Assembly (NCBI GenBank): GCA_951804945.1 | Contig: OX638154.1 | Location: 47,492,001-47,556,000, forward strand | Direction of reading: 5' to 3' | DNA: 64,000 bases | DNA from: Podarcis cretensis | Taxonomy: Eukaryota | In this document: positions 25,524-37,649 of the stretch, piece by piece | Layout: each line of letters begins with the position of its first letter | How positions within the stretch are numbered: the first letter of the stretch is position 1 | Translations under genes and position numbers: made by a program | Notes under the pieces: generated by a model | Told to the model about the DNA's origin: nothing | The model's database searches: none | Seen by the model: the letters and a program-made list of their open reading frames with translations, nothing else

Positions 25524-26379
25524 AAATCAAGTGTTAATCAAACTCAAACTTGCGCCCGTCTCCTTTGCATAAGACGACACCCCTACCAATCCTTCTCCAC
25601 TCCCAACACGGGCGCACCCGCAAATACCGAAGAATGAGCGCCATCCCTAAAGTCTTCCCAATCCAACGAATCTTCATAGAGATAGGGAAAAAAACGATGT
25701 AACATGTTGCCAGATTTCTGGTGTCTATGGACTCCGCACCCCTTGCGCAAACCTACAGAAACCTATAGAGAAATTCTGGATTTGACCGCAGCTGTCATTG
25801 GGCGGCAAAAGAAATTTCAAAAGATAGCAGCAAAGATAGGAGTCGTGCTCTTTGTAATTCGGGACTTGTTTCTTATTGTGACAAACGAATGCAGTTAAGT
25901 TTCTGAACATTTATTAATGCAAAGTCTCTGCAGGCAAGCTTCTGTATGCTACTGGAGGAATTTAGGGAGATCGACTTTGGCTGCAATTTGGGGGTGTTTG
26001 GCGTGAATCTTTCTCTTTTCTTTTCCTCCCCCCCCCCCCCAAAAAAAAAAATAATCCAAGCAAGTCTCAGGCTGAACTCCAAAGTGCAAGCCCGCAGAGC
26101 TGTCATAAAGCGCTGGTCTCAACCGCACATTTTCCAACTTCGGGAAATGATGCTTGGCATTTGGAATTTGCATTGGCAGGGCTACTTTACAAATGCTCAA
26201 TTAGTCCCGAGTCAGGAGGAGGCGCATGAAGTCCCTTTGCCGCTAACTCTTAGTTTTCGGTGGGCACGACCCAGCTGCTCAATCACAGCGACCGTATCCC
26301 AGATTTCTCCGTTCCTTTCCATGAATCCGTTTCGCCAATGTAAACCCGGAATGTTGTCATCCTGAAAAAGAGAGGCGCC

Positions 26380-26800
26380 TCTCTATTTTTCTTATCTCTG
26401 CGGCCCCGCGGGTCTGAGAAGCTTTCTTGTTCCATCTGCGCAGGTACCAATCCGCTGTCTCCGCTGTAACTAGAGAGGAACTAGAGAGTCGGAGGAGCCA
26501 ATCGCCGCGCCTCCGTTGGGAATACTAATAACGGGATTAGCATAGCCCGGACCACGTGAGCCACGCGCCAATGGTGTCGCGCAGGCGTTTGCCAAGATGG
26601 CGGTGACGCGGTACCGGCGCTTCTTGAAGCTCTGCGAGGAGTGGCCCGTGGAGGAGACCAAGCGCGGGCGGGACTTGGGCACTTTCCTTCGGCAGAGGGT
26701 GGCGCAGGCCTTCCGCGAGGGAGAGAACACGCAGGTGGGGCGGGGGCGACCCCCGGAGGGGGAGGGGGAAGGTGGGCGCCCTGGGCAGCTGGTGGTCCCC
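26380..26800 (+). promoter_or_regulatory. UQCC2: CpG-island promoter of UQCC2
   Basis: High CpG density; CCAAT at 26447, 26498 and 26568; CACGTG at 26553-26558; YY1-type CAAGATGGCGG at 26593-26603 over the start codon; no TATA box. Confidence 0.8.
26597..26734 (+). CDS. UQCC2: UQCC2 exon 1
   Basis: ATG in caagATGG; donor CAG|gtgggg. Confidence 0.96.
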
Positions 26801-29800
26801 GCATTATTTAATCCACATTTATGTAGCGTGTTTAGGGTGGCCACCCTTGTTCTGGCAAAATACAGGGCGGTTTGATCTGGTGCTGAAGTGACTTCAAAGC
26901 AATACAATCTATTTCAGACGAACAGCCCCTCTGGAACTTGTCACACGTGCATACATACACGTGAATTTGTAAACCTGTCTGTGCTTAAGCACATGACCTT
27001 TCGCACGCCCTTTCCAACACGTGCATTTCGAGAGGACCCGTAACTTGGGGGTAACTTTGCATGAAATATGGAACAGTCCTGTATTAAACAGGAGGGGTGG
27101 CAACCCATGTGTGTTTGTGCCTCTGTGTGATGCTTGCAGGGCCGGATTTAGGTTTGATGAGGCCCTAAGCTACTGACGGTAATGGGGCCCTTTATATGTA
27201 CAGCTGTCCTTTGTCAACAACAAATTGTCACTGTTTTTTGTGTTGAATATATGATTTATGGACCTAATAGGTATCTAAAGCCATTTGCACATAACAAAAT
27301 ATGTATTTTATCAAAGTAATTGTTGAACTGAAATACAATGAAGAAGTATATGAATAGTGATACTATTATTAAGCTCTCACTGTATGTAGGTTTTATTTAT
27401 TTTTTATCTTATATTTTGGAAATGTACATCCATTTTTTTTCTTTAAATTTTTTTGGGCCCCCAAGAGGGTGGGGCCCTAAGTTATAGCTTATTTAGCTTA
27501 TATGTAAATCCGGCACTGGATGTTCACGTAGCGTAATGGTGAAGAGATGGCACTGGCCTCTGGGTGCTTATTCCCAAATATAGTCGTACCTTGGAAGCCA
27601 AACATAACTCATTCCGGAAGTCCGTTCGACTTCCAAAACATTCAGAAACCAAATTGCGGCTTCTGATTGGCTGCAGGAAGCTCCTACAGCCAATCGGAAG
27701 CTGCAGAAGCCACGTCGGACGTTCCAGCTTCCAAAGAACATTCGCAAACTGGAACACTTCTGGGTTTGCGGTGTTTGGAAGCCAAAACGTACAAGTGCCA
27801 AGGCGATCGGCTTTTAAGGTACAACTGTATTTCTGTGTCTTCAGTGAGGCTTACTCCCCAGGTAAGAGTGCACAGGATTGTAGCCTGAATCAAGCAGGCC
27901 CTAAGGTGAGTCATGCCTGTGCTCAGGGCCAGCCCAAGACATTTTAGCACCTGAGGTGAACCATTAAGAGGATGCCCCCACTTTCCAGGCCAGGGAAGAA
28001 GGGGGCGTGAAGATCTACATCAGGGACAACAGGAGAAGAAAGCTCTTTATCAGTGTATGCTACCCTGTGGATCCTGCTCCCTGAGGTGGTTGCCTCATGC
28101 TAGAGGCCGGCCCTGCTAGAGTAGCCAGATTCGAACACAGGGTGGGGCCCTTGCAACTTTAATAGTTGTTCAGAAGAGGGGTGCTTTTGGCAGGTGTCCC
28201 TGCCATGCAAGCAATTTTTAAGGTGCAGAAAACCTGCCTTTTATATCTATGGGCCTCGTCCAAGACATTCTGATGCCTGAGGTGAATCCTTCCCTGCCCA
28301 AGTCAAGAGGTTCAGTACGCCAAGGCCAGTCATGTTGTTATTTGGGCAGCTGAGGCAGAAAATCCTACAAGCATCTCTCCCCTGTTCTGGCAGTAAAATA
28401 AAATAATAAATGCATCACAGTTTGGTACCCTTTCATGACTCTCAAAATCAGCTGCCTCTTGTGCTGCCTAATATTAGAGCCAGCACTGTGCATCTGACCA
28501 CTCTGCTATCAGGTTTCCAGGAGAATTAACTCCATTTTAGAGCTCAAGCCATCTAAATGTTTTTAATATATATGTATATATCTTATTTGAGACCTCACTC
28601 TTTGTTAAATGGGACTTGGTGACAAAGGCAGAGCAATCTGCACCCCTCTTGCAATGGGCTGGGAAGGCTAAGCTAAATGGGCAGGAGTGCCATTGATGGG
28701 ATATCCAGTAACAGTGCGGAAGATCCCCAAATGGGGTATTCCTGGGCTTGAGCCGATCTCACTGCTGCTGTGCAACAGCATGAGGCCCAATCCAGTTGTA
28801 TGTTGCAATTGTACTGCCCCCTCTACCTCAGTCACTGTTTGCACCAGGGCTCCGAATGCAGTATTAGCCATGTAAGCAGCAGGAGTGAGGGTTGAGTTAC
28901 AACTTTAATATGCAGGTTGCTTCACTGTGTGGGTTTTTGACACTTCAGAATGAAGATTCCATTGGAAATGGGGTGACAAGTTAGAAAGTTCTTCAGTTTT
29001 TTCCTGTGTAAGGTGGGATTGATCTCCACCGCAGCATGCGGCAAGGAAGAATATAAATGTAATTATGATATCAGTTGCATGAAATTCTCTGATAAACTGC
29101 TCTTGGCAGGAGTAAATGACTGAAGTGCTGTATAAAAATACTTAGATAAATTCACTTCTCCCCAAGCCACTTACCATGACTGCTGTGTAATGTCCATAGC
29201 CTCTGTTTTTCTCTGAATTATAGCACAGTTTTTGAAAAGACCCATCCCTAGCGCTAAAGAAACAATCACAGGAACACACTTCTTGTTCCAGGTGGCTTAA
29301 GAGGTTAAGGCTGTGGCTTTAATAGCATAGAGACTTTTGGCAAGTACATTTCGACATGCAGTGGTGGTGAAAAGAGCTGCACATGTTGAAATTCCCTCTT
29401 TTGACTGACTTCAGTAAAATATACTCTTTATGTGTATTATCATCACAGTGCTCTACAAATGGGTGTCATATTAATTCTTACATGAAAGTTCCTTTTCAGA
29501 AATTTAGTATATGATGTGAACCTTGGTGCAGTGGGGAACTTGAAGTTAGGGCCAGATGAAATGAATAGTAGGTATCTGGATCTGACTTAAAGAGTTCCCT
29601 AGTTTCTCACTAAAGTCTTTTGTCTCTGATTTCCAGGCAGAGCTAGGTTTTCTGCTGGCTCTGATGCTTTCAAAAATTATTCTTTTTCATTTTTGAAGTA
29701 CCTAAAAGTATCCAAAGGCTATACACAGAGTAAAGCAAAGACAGTCTGAGCCCACAAGCTTACAGTGTAAAAGACACAACACAAAAACAAAAAAGGGGGA

Positions 29801-32800
29801 AGGAAGGGAAGAGAAAAATAAGGAAACTCAGGGACCAGTTCTTAAATTTAGTTTTTATAACCATAAGTTTCATTGGAAACAGTTCAGTGGAGGAACATGC
29901 CAAAAGGCAGCTGGTCTCTTAGCTGAACTGATAGCCCTCTTTCTGTGCTGCAGTCAAGTGCCAAAAATTGTTAGGTTCCCTTGCCCTCCAGGTTGATGCC
30001 GGTTTAAAACGTTCATTTTGTTTGCAGGATGTATCAGCTTTTGCTGGATTATTTCCAGGTTACTTAACTGATAGAGACCATTTCTATGGCCTTGAACTTT
30101 TCTTGATTTCAAGTCATGATTTGTTCAGCACTGAAAATGTTTTGGAGTCAGTTCTTAATGCCTGGGACATCAGTGTATGTATGCATTGTGGTAGTACATC
30201 ACCACATAATGGTCTCCATGGAAGAAGAATGCATACTTTGCAAAAATTAATGAAATAAATCTATGGCAGACACTCATTTTTAAGAGTGTCACTATCTTCT
30301 GAGCATCCTCAGAGCAGGACTATTCTGTTACTTTTGTCTGCTGCATGCACTTCAGAACGTGCTTTTCCTTTCTTTTTGTGCTCAGAGCAGCTGATTCCTA
30401 CCTTAATTTTCCAAAACTGTCATCGGTTTTGAAAAATTTAAATTGATGCTTGCAGCGCTGATATCAATTTGTATGTATAAAATACTTTATATAGTAAAGA
30501 GATTATTATTTTTTGCCAAATAGCAGGAGGGATGCATAAAGAGCAGAGTCAGAGATATAAAGGTACTTTGTAAGTCTAATGTCTGTTTTATCCATGTGTA
30601 ATGAGATGTGCTGGGGCATTTTTTCTTTTTTGAAAAGCTATTTCTGCTTTCCACATGATAGCTGCAACACTATCAGGGTTTTTCAGTGTGAATACAAAAA
30701 TATGTAAAACTCAGTATTATACAAGCGGCCTGCCCCATTTTTCTGATTTGAACATCGGCCAATATCTTGGGGTGTGGAAGAAAGGACACGTCATATTATT
30801 CTGACTTGCATAAGTCATGCAGCCGATTATTGCTTTCCAAGATGCCGTTTGATCATTACATGACTAGATTTCATTCTTGTAGTTTATGTCACATTCCCCC
30901 CCCCCAAATCTTTCATTAAAAACATATATTTATGCATCATTTTTTCTGTCTGAGAAGACCAAGTACAGTGGTGCCCTGCAAGACGAATGCCTCGCAAGAC
31001 GAAAAACCCGCTAGACGAAAGGGCTTTCCGTTTTGGAGGCGCTTCGCAAAACGAATTTCCCTATGGGCTTGCTTCGCAAGACGAAATGTCTTGCGAGTTT
31101 TTCCGACTTTTTTTCCCTCCCCCCCCCACTTTTTCTAAGCCGCTTATCCGCTAAGCCGATAAGCCGCTAAACCGCTAATAGCGCTAAGCCGATAAGCCGT
31201 CAATGGGCTTGCTTCGCAAGACGAAAAAACCACTAGATGAAGAGAATCGCGGAACGGATTCTTTTCGTCTTGCGAGGCACCACTGTATAATAAAACTTAG
31301 AAATGAATATGATAGTTAGATGACACACCTTCCACATGACCTTGAAGTGTGCTTTGTCCTCTTATCTAGTGCATCTGGGCCACAGCTATTGACAGTATCT
31401 TGGATTAAATGCATTCCCCCCCCCCCCGTGAAGAGGTTTGCTCATGTTTGTTGATCTGTTTGGCATATTTTGGAGCTGTTTATTCTGCAAACACTTCTTT
31501 GCAGCACATCAGTGTAACGCAGTGTGAAGAAGTCCTGTTTATTTGAATTAAGTTGTAATGGGTATTGTGTAATGTGTTCTGACATTTGTATCGTACTGTG
31601 CTTTGTAATGTATTTGATGTAGGAAGTTTTCTGTCTCGTCTGGTGAAAACTAGTTTTAACTGTTGCATGGGGCCTTAACTGACAGCCGAGAGAGAATTTT
31701 TAGTATTCAGGAGGGAGGGAGAGAGAGTATGCATATTTTGTTTGCTGGGTGCAAGCTTGGAATTTTCAGTTAGACAGTGGGATTGGGTGGAGCTGGAGTT
31801 GAGTGGCCAGAATAAATGTCTGCAGTAGTGTGTGTGTGCGTGTGTGTGCACGCGCGTGTGTGTAAATGGCTGGGTGCTGGTCAGCAGTTAGTTAATTGAA
31901 AATTGGAGTGGGCTGGAGACTCGGCATTAAGGGTGGTCAGTGACAGCAGAGGAAGGGGGTCAGGGAAGGACAGAATGCCTTGTTGTCTGATAACTTGCTG
32001 TGCGTAGCTGAATCACTTGGCTTAGGCTGAGGAGGAAAAGGGAGAACCTGAACGTTGGTCTCTGGTGACTGGCAGGAGAGGGCAGATTTCCAGGGCAATG
32101 CAGCAAAACCAATCTCTTCAATAGGTCAGTAAAGGGTTGGATGAAGAGGCTTCCAACAGAGTCCTCAGTTATAGTGTTAACTGGGGTGGGGAGAATACAA
32201 AAGCAATTTGGCTAAAGGGCTTTAATCATAAACTCTAGAGTTGGAAGGGACCATGAGGGTCATCTAGTCCAACCCCCTGCAATGCAAGAATCTCTTTTGC
32301 CCATTGTGGGGCTTGAACCCACAACCCTGAGATTAAGAGTCTCTTACTCTACTGACTGAGCTATCCAATTTACTGTTCCTTTAAAGCTGTCTTAGCTGGA
32401 TGTAAGCTATTGGTATTTAAAGTGACAGTAAGAAGTTTAAAAAGTATAATCTAAAGTCCTATTTTTGAAGTAACCAGAAAAACTTTTGCACTTAATAATC
32501 ATATAATAAATTAATGTAATTATATCTGTTAATTATCTGTATCTGACTGGCTTTGTACCATGACTGTACCCCAGATTTATGGGATATTGGTAAGCTAAGG
32601 GTTCAAAGGAAATAAGTGAGACTGAATGGTGGCAGGGCCTGGGTTTAGAATTTGCCATTAACATGGAATTTGGGTTTTGTCATTTTTAGTAAGTAAGAAA
32701 ATGCCCCCTTCCCTCAACAGACAGCTTCCTCTGTTCACAGTATATTCAGGACTTTTGGGTTGATATGTGAAAGAGCTGGAGCTTAGATAGGTTTTTGCTC

Positions 32801-33563
32801 AGGGATGGGCTTCTGGTTGTATCTTAATTCAGTGACTCTTTTGGAATGGATATGAAGAACAAAACTAGTTTGCATTTTAAAATGTAATGTAACTAGTAAT
32901 ACAACACTGGTAATATAAAATTTCTGTTCAATGGAAGTGTTGTTTGCACTCTAGGAATAATTTCACTGTACTTTTGTACTCTTGCAGATTTCTGATCCAG
33001 TGACCTGTGATGAAATGTTTGAGAGTTTAGCCAAAATCCATACCAATTACTATAAAAACAAGGTAAGTCCTATCATGGTGACCAGGTACCCAGTGTTAGA
33101 ATCTGACAGCTGCCTCTGGGATATGTTTTGTAATCCTGATACTAAGACCCTTCTGATTTATCTTTAGCAGGGGAAGCCAACACGGCATCTTCTAGATGTT
33201 GTTTGACTCCAGCTCCCATCAGCCCTAGCCAGCATGTCCAATAAAATCATAGCATTGTAAAGTTGGAAGCGACCACAAGGGTCATCTAGTCCAACCCCCT
33301 GATAATTATTCCATTATCAGGGTTAATGGGAGTTGAAGTCCAATAATATCCAGAGGGCACCATATTATCTACCACAGTGTCTTTGCTTTTTCTTGAGCAA
33401 GCCAGTTCACCTTTTACTGTGTAAATTGGAGTGGCAAACCTGTGGCTCTCCTAGTGTTAAGACTACAATTGCCCCAATCCAACGCTACTGGCTATGCTTG
33501 ATGGGAGTTGTAGTCATGCATTTGGAGGACCACGTTAGCCATCCCTGCTATTTCAGAAATGCA

Positions 33564-33617
<54 letters not shown>

Positions 33618-35196
33618 ACAGCAGTGAGCATGTTCGTGCTATAGCATTTAGCAAATTTACTTCAGCATACAATTTTGATGCCATATGAGAAGAAACATTA
33701 AGAGAACATTGTTCTCAGGGGAAGCAGGAGGCTGCTATATTTATATATATTTTTCTGTTTGTTTGCATAGTATCCACGTTTGAAAGATACAAGCTTTACT
33801 GGGGTGACAGTTGAAGAATGCAAGCTAGTCCTTGCAACAGGTATTTGGGCAAACTATACTTTATCCATTTACTGTTCTGTATCTGGTTGGCTAAAATGAT
33901 TCAGCTGCCCTTTACATCCCCCCTGCTTTGCGCACAGGAGTTTCCTCCCTCCCTCCTTCCCATAAATAGCCTTCCCATGAGCAAAACATTATGCAAAAGC
34001 TGTTTGTAATGCACCAGTTGTATTCAGTCTTTAATGTTAGTGCTAAGAGTAACACGTTGAGGAATGTGGCACACCATAATAAATGGATTTTGTGTCCCAA
34101 GAAGTTGAGCTTAGTCTAGGATATAGATGCAAGTGGGACCTGCAATTTCTCGTTCCCTAACAGCTGTTCAAGGTGCCAGCCATTCCTTCTCTTGCAAGTT
34201 GTATGGAGTGCTGCCTCTTGGTTTTTTTACAATAATAATTTGTACTACTGAATACTTCAGGGTCCACCTGAAGTATGCTAATACTGCTCTCTTGTTTCTC
34301 ATCAGCCCTGTTTTGCCTCCAATCCTTTCAGTACAGAATTGGGGTTTTCAGTGTTTAATTGCCCTTCATTTGAGACACACAAGTCTGAAGAAGGGAGTGT
34401 GTGTTCCCAGAGCTAATGAGCCTCAAATTAAGACTCCCGGTCACTCCCACAATAGACATCAGTAATCAACTGATTTTGTTGCTTTCCATTCTTCCTGCAT
34501 TTGTGGTTTCTGCTTGGGAACAAGAAATAAGATAAAGAACAGTCTAAATTAACCTGTGTAGAAGATGCTTTCTCTGCTTGGTTTCACTTTTTACAGTTCA
34601 AGAGTTTTCTATTATACTATGATTTATCTAAGCTAGCTGTATTGAGACAAACAGCCTTTATAGAAACAGTAAATTTAAACATTCCTGAAGTGTCCTGAAG
34701 CTAAATAGCAGTCTTATGTTCTGGCTGCAGTGCATAGAAAATGCTAGTCTTCGCTGGCTCCACATGTACTGTTCTGACTAAGGAGAGCAGGTCTGCCCCA
34801 GGCAGCAAAACATAAACTTATTGAGATGAAAATGAATGGTTGTTTCACACCTTATGGTTTTTAGAGTGTACTTTAAATGGAGTGGTTGGACATGATTAAT
34901 GTGAGTGTTCAGGCATGTGAACTGCACAGGCACATGTGCCAAGGAACTAGGACTGGCTGTGGCTTTCTGTCACATGTATACATGATGGCAAACATGCATA
35001 TATCACCATGTTACTGTTTAAGCAACCTCTGAAAGAAAATTGCTTTTATAATGAAAACCCTATTATTATTTTTTGTCTTTTCTGACTTCCTTTTAATGCA
35101 GCTAGCTTGAAGCAGATGGAAGAAGCAAAGAAAGGAAAATGGACAAAGTTACGTGAGAAATTTTCTGCCAAGAATCCTGAAGAAGATTCCAAATGA
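26597..35196 (+). CDS. UQCC2: Ubiquinol-cytochrome c reductase complex assembly factor 2 (MNF1/M19), complete CDS join(26597..26734,32988..33062,33771..33840,35102..35196), 125 aa
   Basis: [125 protein letters not shown]. Exons 138+75+70+95=378 nt, canonical splice sites. Confidence 0.96.
27137..27518. mobile_element. Non-autonomous hAT element
   Basis: TIRs CAGGGCCGGATTTA / TAAATCCGGCACTG; subterminal GGCCCTAAG repeats; degenerate 8-bp TSD (gatgcttg / gatgttca). Confidence 0.8.
27581..27827. mobile_element. Tc1/mariner (Tigger-like) MITE with an internal palindrome
   Basis: TA|TAGTCGTACCTT ... AAGGTACAACTG|TA; central hairpin gcttctgattggctg...cagccaatcggaagc. Confidence 0.8.
30966..31285. 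mobile_element. Tc1/mariner (Tigger-like) MITE
   Basis: TA|CAGTGGTGCCCTGCAAGACGAA ... TTCGTCTTGCGAGGCACCACTG|TA; repeated GCAAGACGAA motifs and a TAAGCCGC/A array. Confidence 0.9.
32226..32366 (-). mobile_element. tRNA(Lys)-derived SINE with a CR1-type tail
   Basis: Reverse-complement homologue of the 17889 copy. Confidence 0.8.
32988..33062 (+). CDS. UQCC2: UQCC2 exon 2
   Basis: ttgcag|ATT ... AAG|gtaagt; 75 nt. Confidence 0.95.
33168..33378. mobile_element. Short hAT-like MITE (actacaactcccatc family) interrupted by a CR1/SINE tail; other copies at about 9009-9099, 33428-33547 and 47558-47684
   Basis: Shared internal inverted repeat gact(a/c)ca(a/g)ctcccatc ... gatgggagttgtagtc; insert at about 33244-33302. 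Confidence 0.65.
33567..33614. repeat. (AT)24 microsatellite
   Basis: Uninterrupted AT run flanked by tgc/gca. Confidence 0.97.
33771..33840 (+). CDS. UQCC2: UQCC2 exon 3
   Basis: gcatag|TATCCACGT (YPR) ... ACAG|gtattt; 70 nt. Confidence 0.94.
35102..35196 (+). CDS. UQCC2: UQCC2 exon 4 (to stop)
   Basis: atgcag|CT; encodes ...[22 protein letters not shown]. Confidence 0.92.
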
Positions 35197-36152
35197 TAAC
35201 TTTGTGACACTAGCCAATTTTCCTAAAGCTCTATATTTTGCCTCCTTGAAACAGAAGTTTGTTTGTTTCATTTGCTTACCTAGGATGTTGTCAGACTTTT
35301 TAAAGCAAAGAGATCTGGTTTTGACATCTCATCTCAGAACCATTTCTATCTCAGGGAACAACGCTTCAGTATTGGTGACGCTATTCTGGAATGGGACAAG
35401 CAAGCCCTTCTTGATTACATTGGTTTATAGGAAGATGTTAGAAAGCCTTTAAATATATTGACGTGGTTGCCACTCTTTGGCATATCTAGGTATTTGCATG
35501 TTCTTTAGGGAAAGGCTATATGCTGTTGGAACACAGCTGGTATGCAGTTGATATCACTGAATTGTATTTCATGGCTTTTTAGAATTCAGAATATTCCCAA
35601 ACAAATACAGGCGCTATAGCATATAGATGTCTTGTGTGTTTTACTGGAATGCCACCACTTATTCAAGGAAGGCACAACTGCCATATGTTGGTGCAAAATT
35701 GTTGCAGCAGAGCACTCATTTTTAAGCTATTTGTTCTGTAAAATACCAGTTTTTGCTGTAAAAAAATGGGCAATAGTAGACAAGTTTCTAAAAACAAACG
35801 GTTCACCATAATCTGCCCCTGCAGTACAAGCAGCATCTGTTCTCATCTAGCATGAGAAACAGTTAAGGCCAGTAGGTCTTCCAGCATTCTGTGCAAACAT
35901 GGAATTCACCCTAGAATGAGCCTAGGAACACCCTGGAATCTTGTGGCAAGATTAATCGGGCTAGTCAGAGCATTTCATGAAAACCTACCAAAAATGGTAT
36001 GTCTGAAATATTTGCTTAAATAGCTTCAGTATCAAGCAGAATCCAATTAATGCAACAGATCTTTAAAAAAATCTGCTCAGTCGTATTTATGTCCGACAAG
36101 TTTGTAGCTTTACCAACAAGCATATCAAGAGGTGATTCCTTCCCCCTTCCAT

Positions 36153-36158
36153 TTTATT
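36153..36158 (-). terminator. ITPR3: Candidate ITPR3 polyadenylation signal AATAAA (a second lies at 36459-36464)
   Basis: tttatt on the + strand at the end of an AU-rich stretch about 1.4 kb beyond the ITPR3 stop. Confidence 0.5.
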
Positions 36159-37580
36159 GTATTTGGTTCTGTTTGTGTTAACTTAAGGAAGTTACCACAT
36201 TAAAACTTAAAACAATATTTGTAAAATATTCCAGAGCAAGACAAATTGCAAAGCTGCACTCTTGATTAATGAAATCTTTTCCCCGCCCCCTTCAACCTGC
36301 ACTGTAATATGTACCCTCGAGGAACACCCTGCTTGGGTCAGAAAGGAATGGAAAAGCATATGGGGGCTGGAACAAGGAACTGTCATCATCTCTCCCTAAT
36401 CATCTCCCTCTAGTGGCCACTCTCACAGTTAGACAAACCTGTACCTAATGTACTTTGTTTTATTTACAGTTGAGTTTGAGTTGTAGCCTGGCTGTTGAAG
36501 TTGAACTTGCAATGCTTCTAAATGGTTGGGGAAACGCTCTGGGGCAGTGTATGTTGGTTAGGGAAATTCTAAAACAAGTCTTTCGCAGTGTGGTGCCCTC
36601 CAGTTCACACCAGCCCCAGCCAGCATAGCAGGGCTGATAGAGGTGTAGTTAATTTACATCTCAGGACTTTTATAATGTACTCTTTTTTTTCTCTCCATCC
36701 TTCTCCCCAAACTTGTTTTCTTACACTAACTAATGACCCTTCAATGTCCATTCTGATGATAGTTGAAATATTACTGCTACCTTGCATTAACCAACTGAAA
36801 TAATCCAGTTCTACCACCTTTTAACCTTCCCAGAAGCAGGCTAACACCTAAGTGTGTACTGTCTTCTAACCTATTGTGTGGGCAAGAGAGGGAAGAGATT
36901 GCTCTTTCACAGTGCAGCACAAACATGCAATCTTCCGCTAACGCTGATAAAAGTCTCTCCATGGAACAAAATGCCATTGCATTTCTCAACAATGGAATCT
37001 GCTGCTCGTCTTCAGTCGAAGTGTTAAGCTAATAGTAGATTTTCTTAGTTTCTTCTTGGGTTAGATAGGATTCTAGAGATGAAGAAAAATGCCAGTGACT
37101 CCAGGAAAACTGAGATGACAAGCTTGTAAAGAGAGATCCATGTATGTTGAATTTCATGGACTCTGTTAAAATAAGTTAAAATATAGCAACTACTACTTGC
37201 TAGTAACAGTGTCAATCCTATTTGCACCTGGCTGCGAAGCCATCAAAATGTAGTGCATGGAGACAGATAACCCATGTTATAGCAACAGAGCTATCATAAG
37301 GAGCAGCAAAGCTCCCAAATGTATGGTAAACTATGAATCCGCACAAAGCGACAAATCATACTAGTCGTCAGCTTCAGGTCTCTCTCTTGAATAAAATGCA
37401 ATCAGCCCTGCTGGAGATGAACAGAAGGTGGTGCCGGAATGCCAAAATATGAATCATCATGACATGAATCGGCTTTCTTTGATGGATGAGATCTGTGCTG
37501 GCAACCTAGTACCAAATATCCCCCTCAGGAAGTGCATATGTAAAGTAGAGTTTTAGCTTGGTGAAGTTGATTCTGCTGTC

Positions 37581-37649
37581 TCAGTGGTTCAGACTGTTCT
37601 GGACATCCACAAAGCCCATCCGCTGCCTTCGCTTCCTTTGCTCTGTCAT
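37581..37649 (-). CDS. ITPR3: ITPR3 last exon ([22 protein letters not shown])
   Basis: ccag|ATG; TGA at 37583-37581. Confidence 0.94.
   Translation of the reverse strand: MTEQRKRRQRMGFVDVQNSLNH

Noticed and set aside
26470-26907. Antisense ORFs over UQCC2 exon 1
   Set aside because: Expected by-product of stop-poor CpG-island sequence.
31480-32640. Possible LTR-like element around the (TG)n tract in UQCC2 intron 1
   Set aside because: Composition is suggestive, but I could not define termini or a TSD.
35099-35105. Tandem acceptor CAGCTAG at UQCC2 exon 4
   Set aside because: The distal AG shifts the frame by 4 nt; the proximal AG gives the conserved protein, and nothing indicates alternative use.
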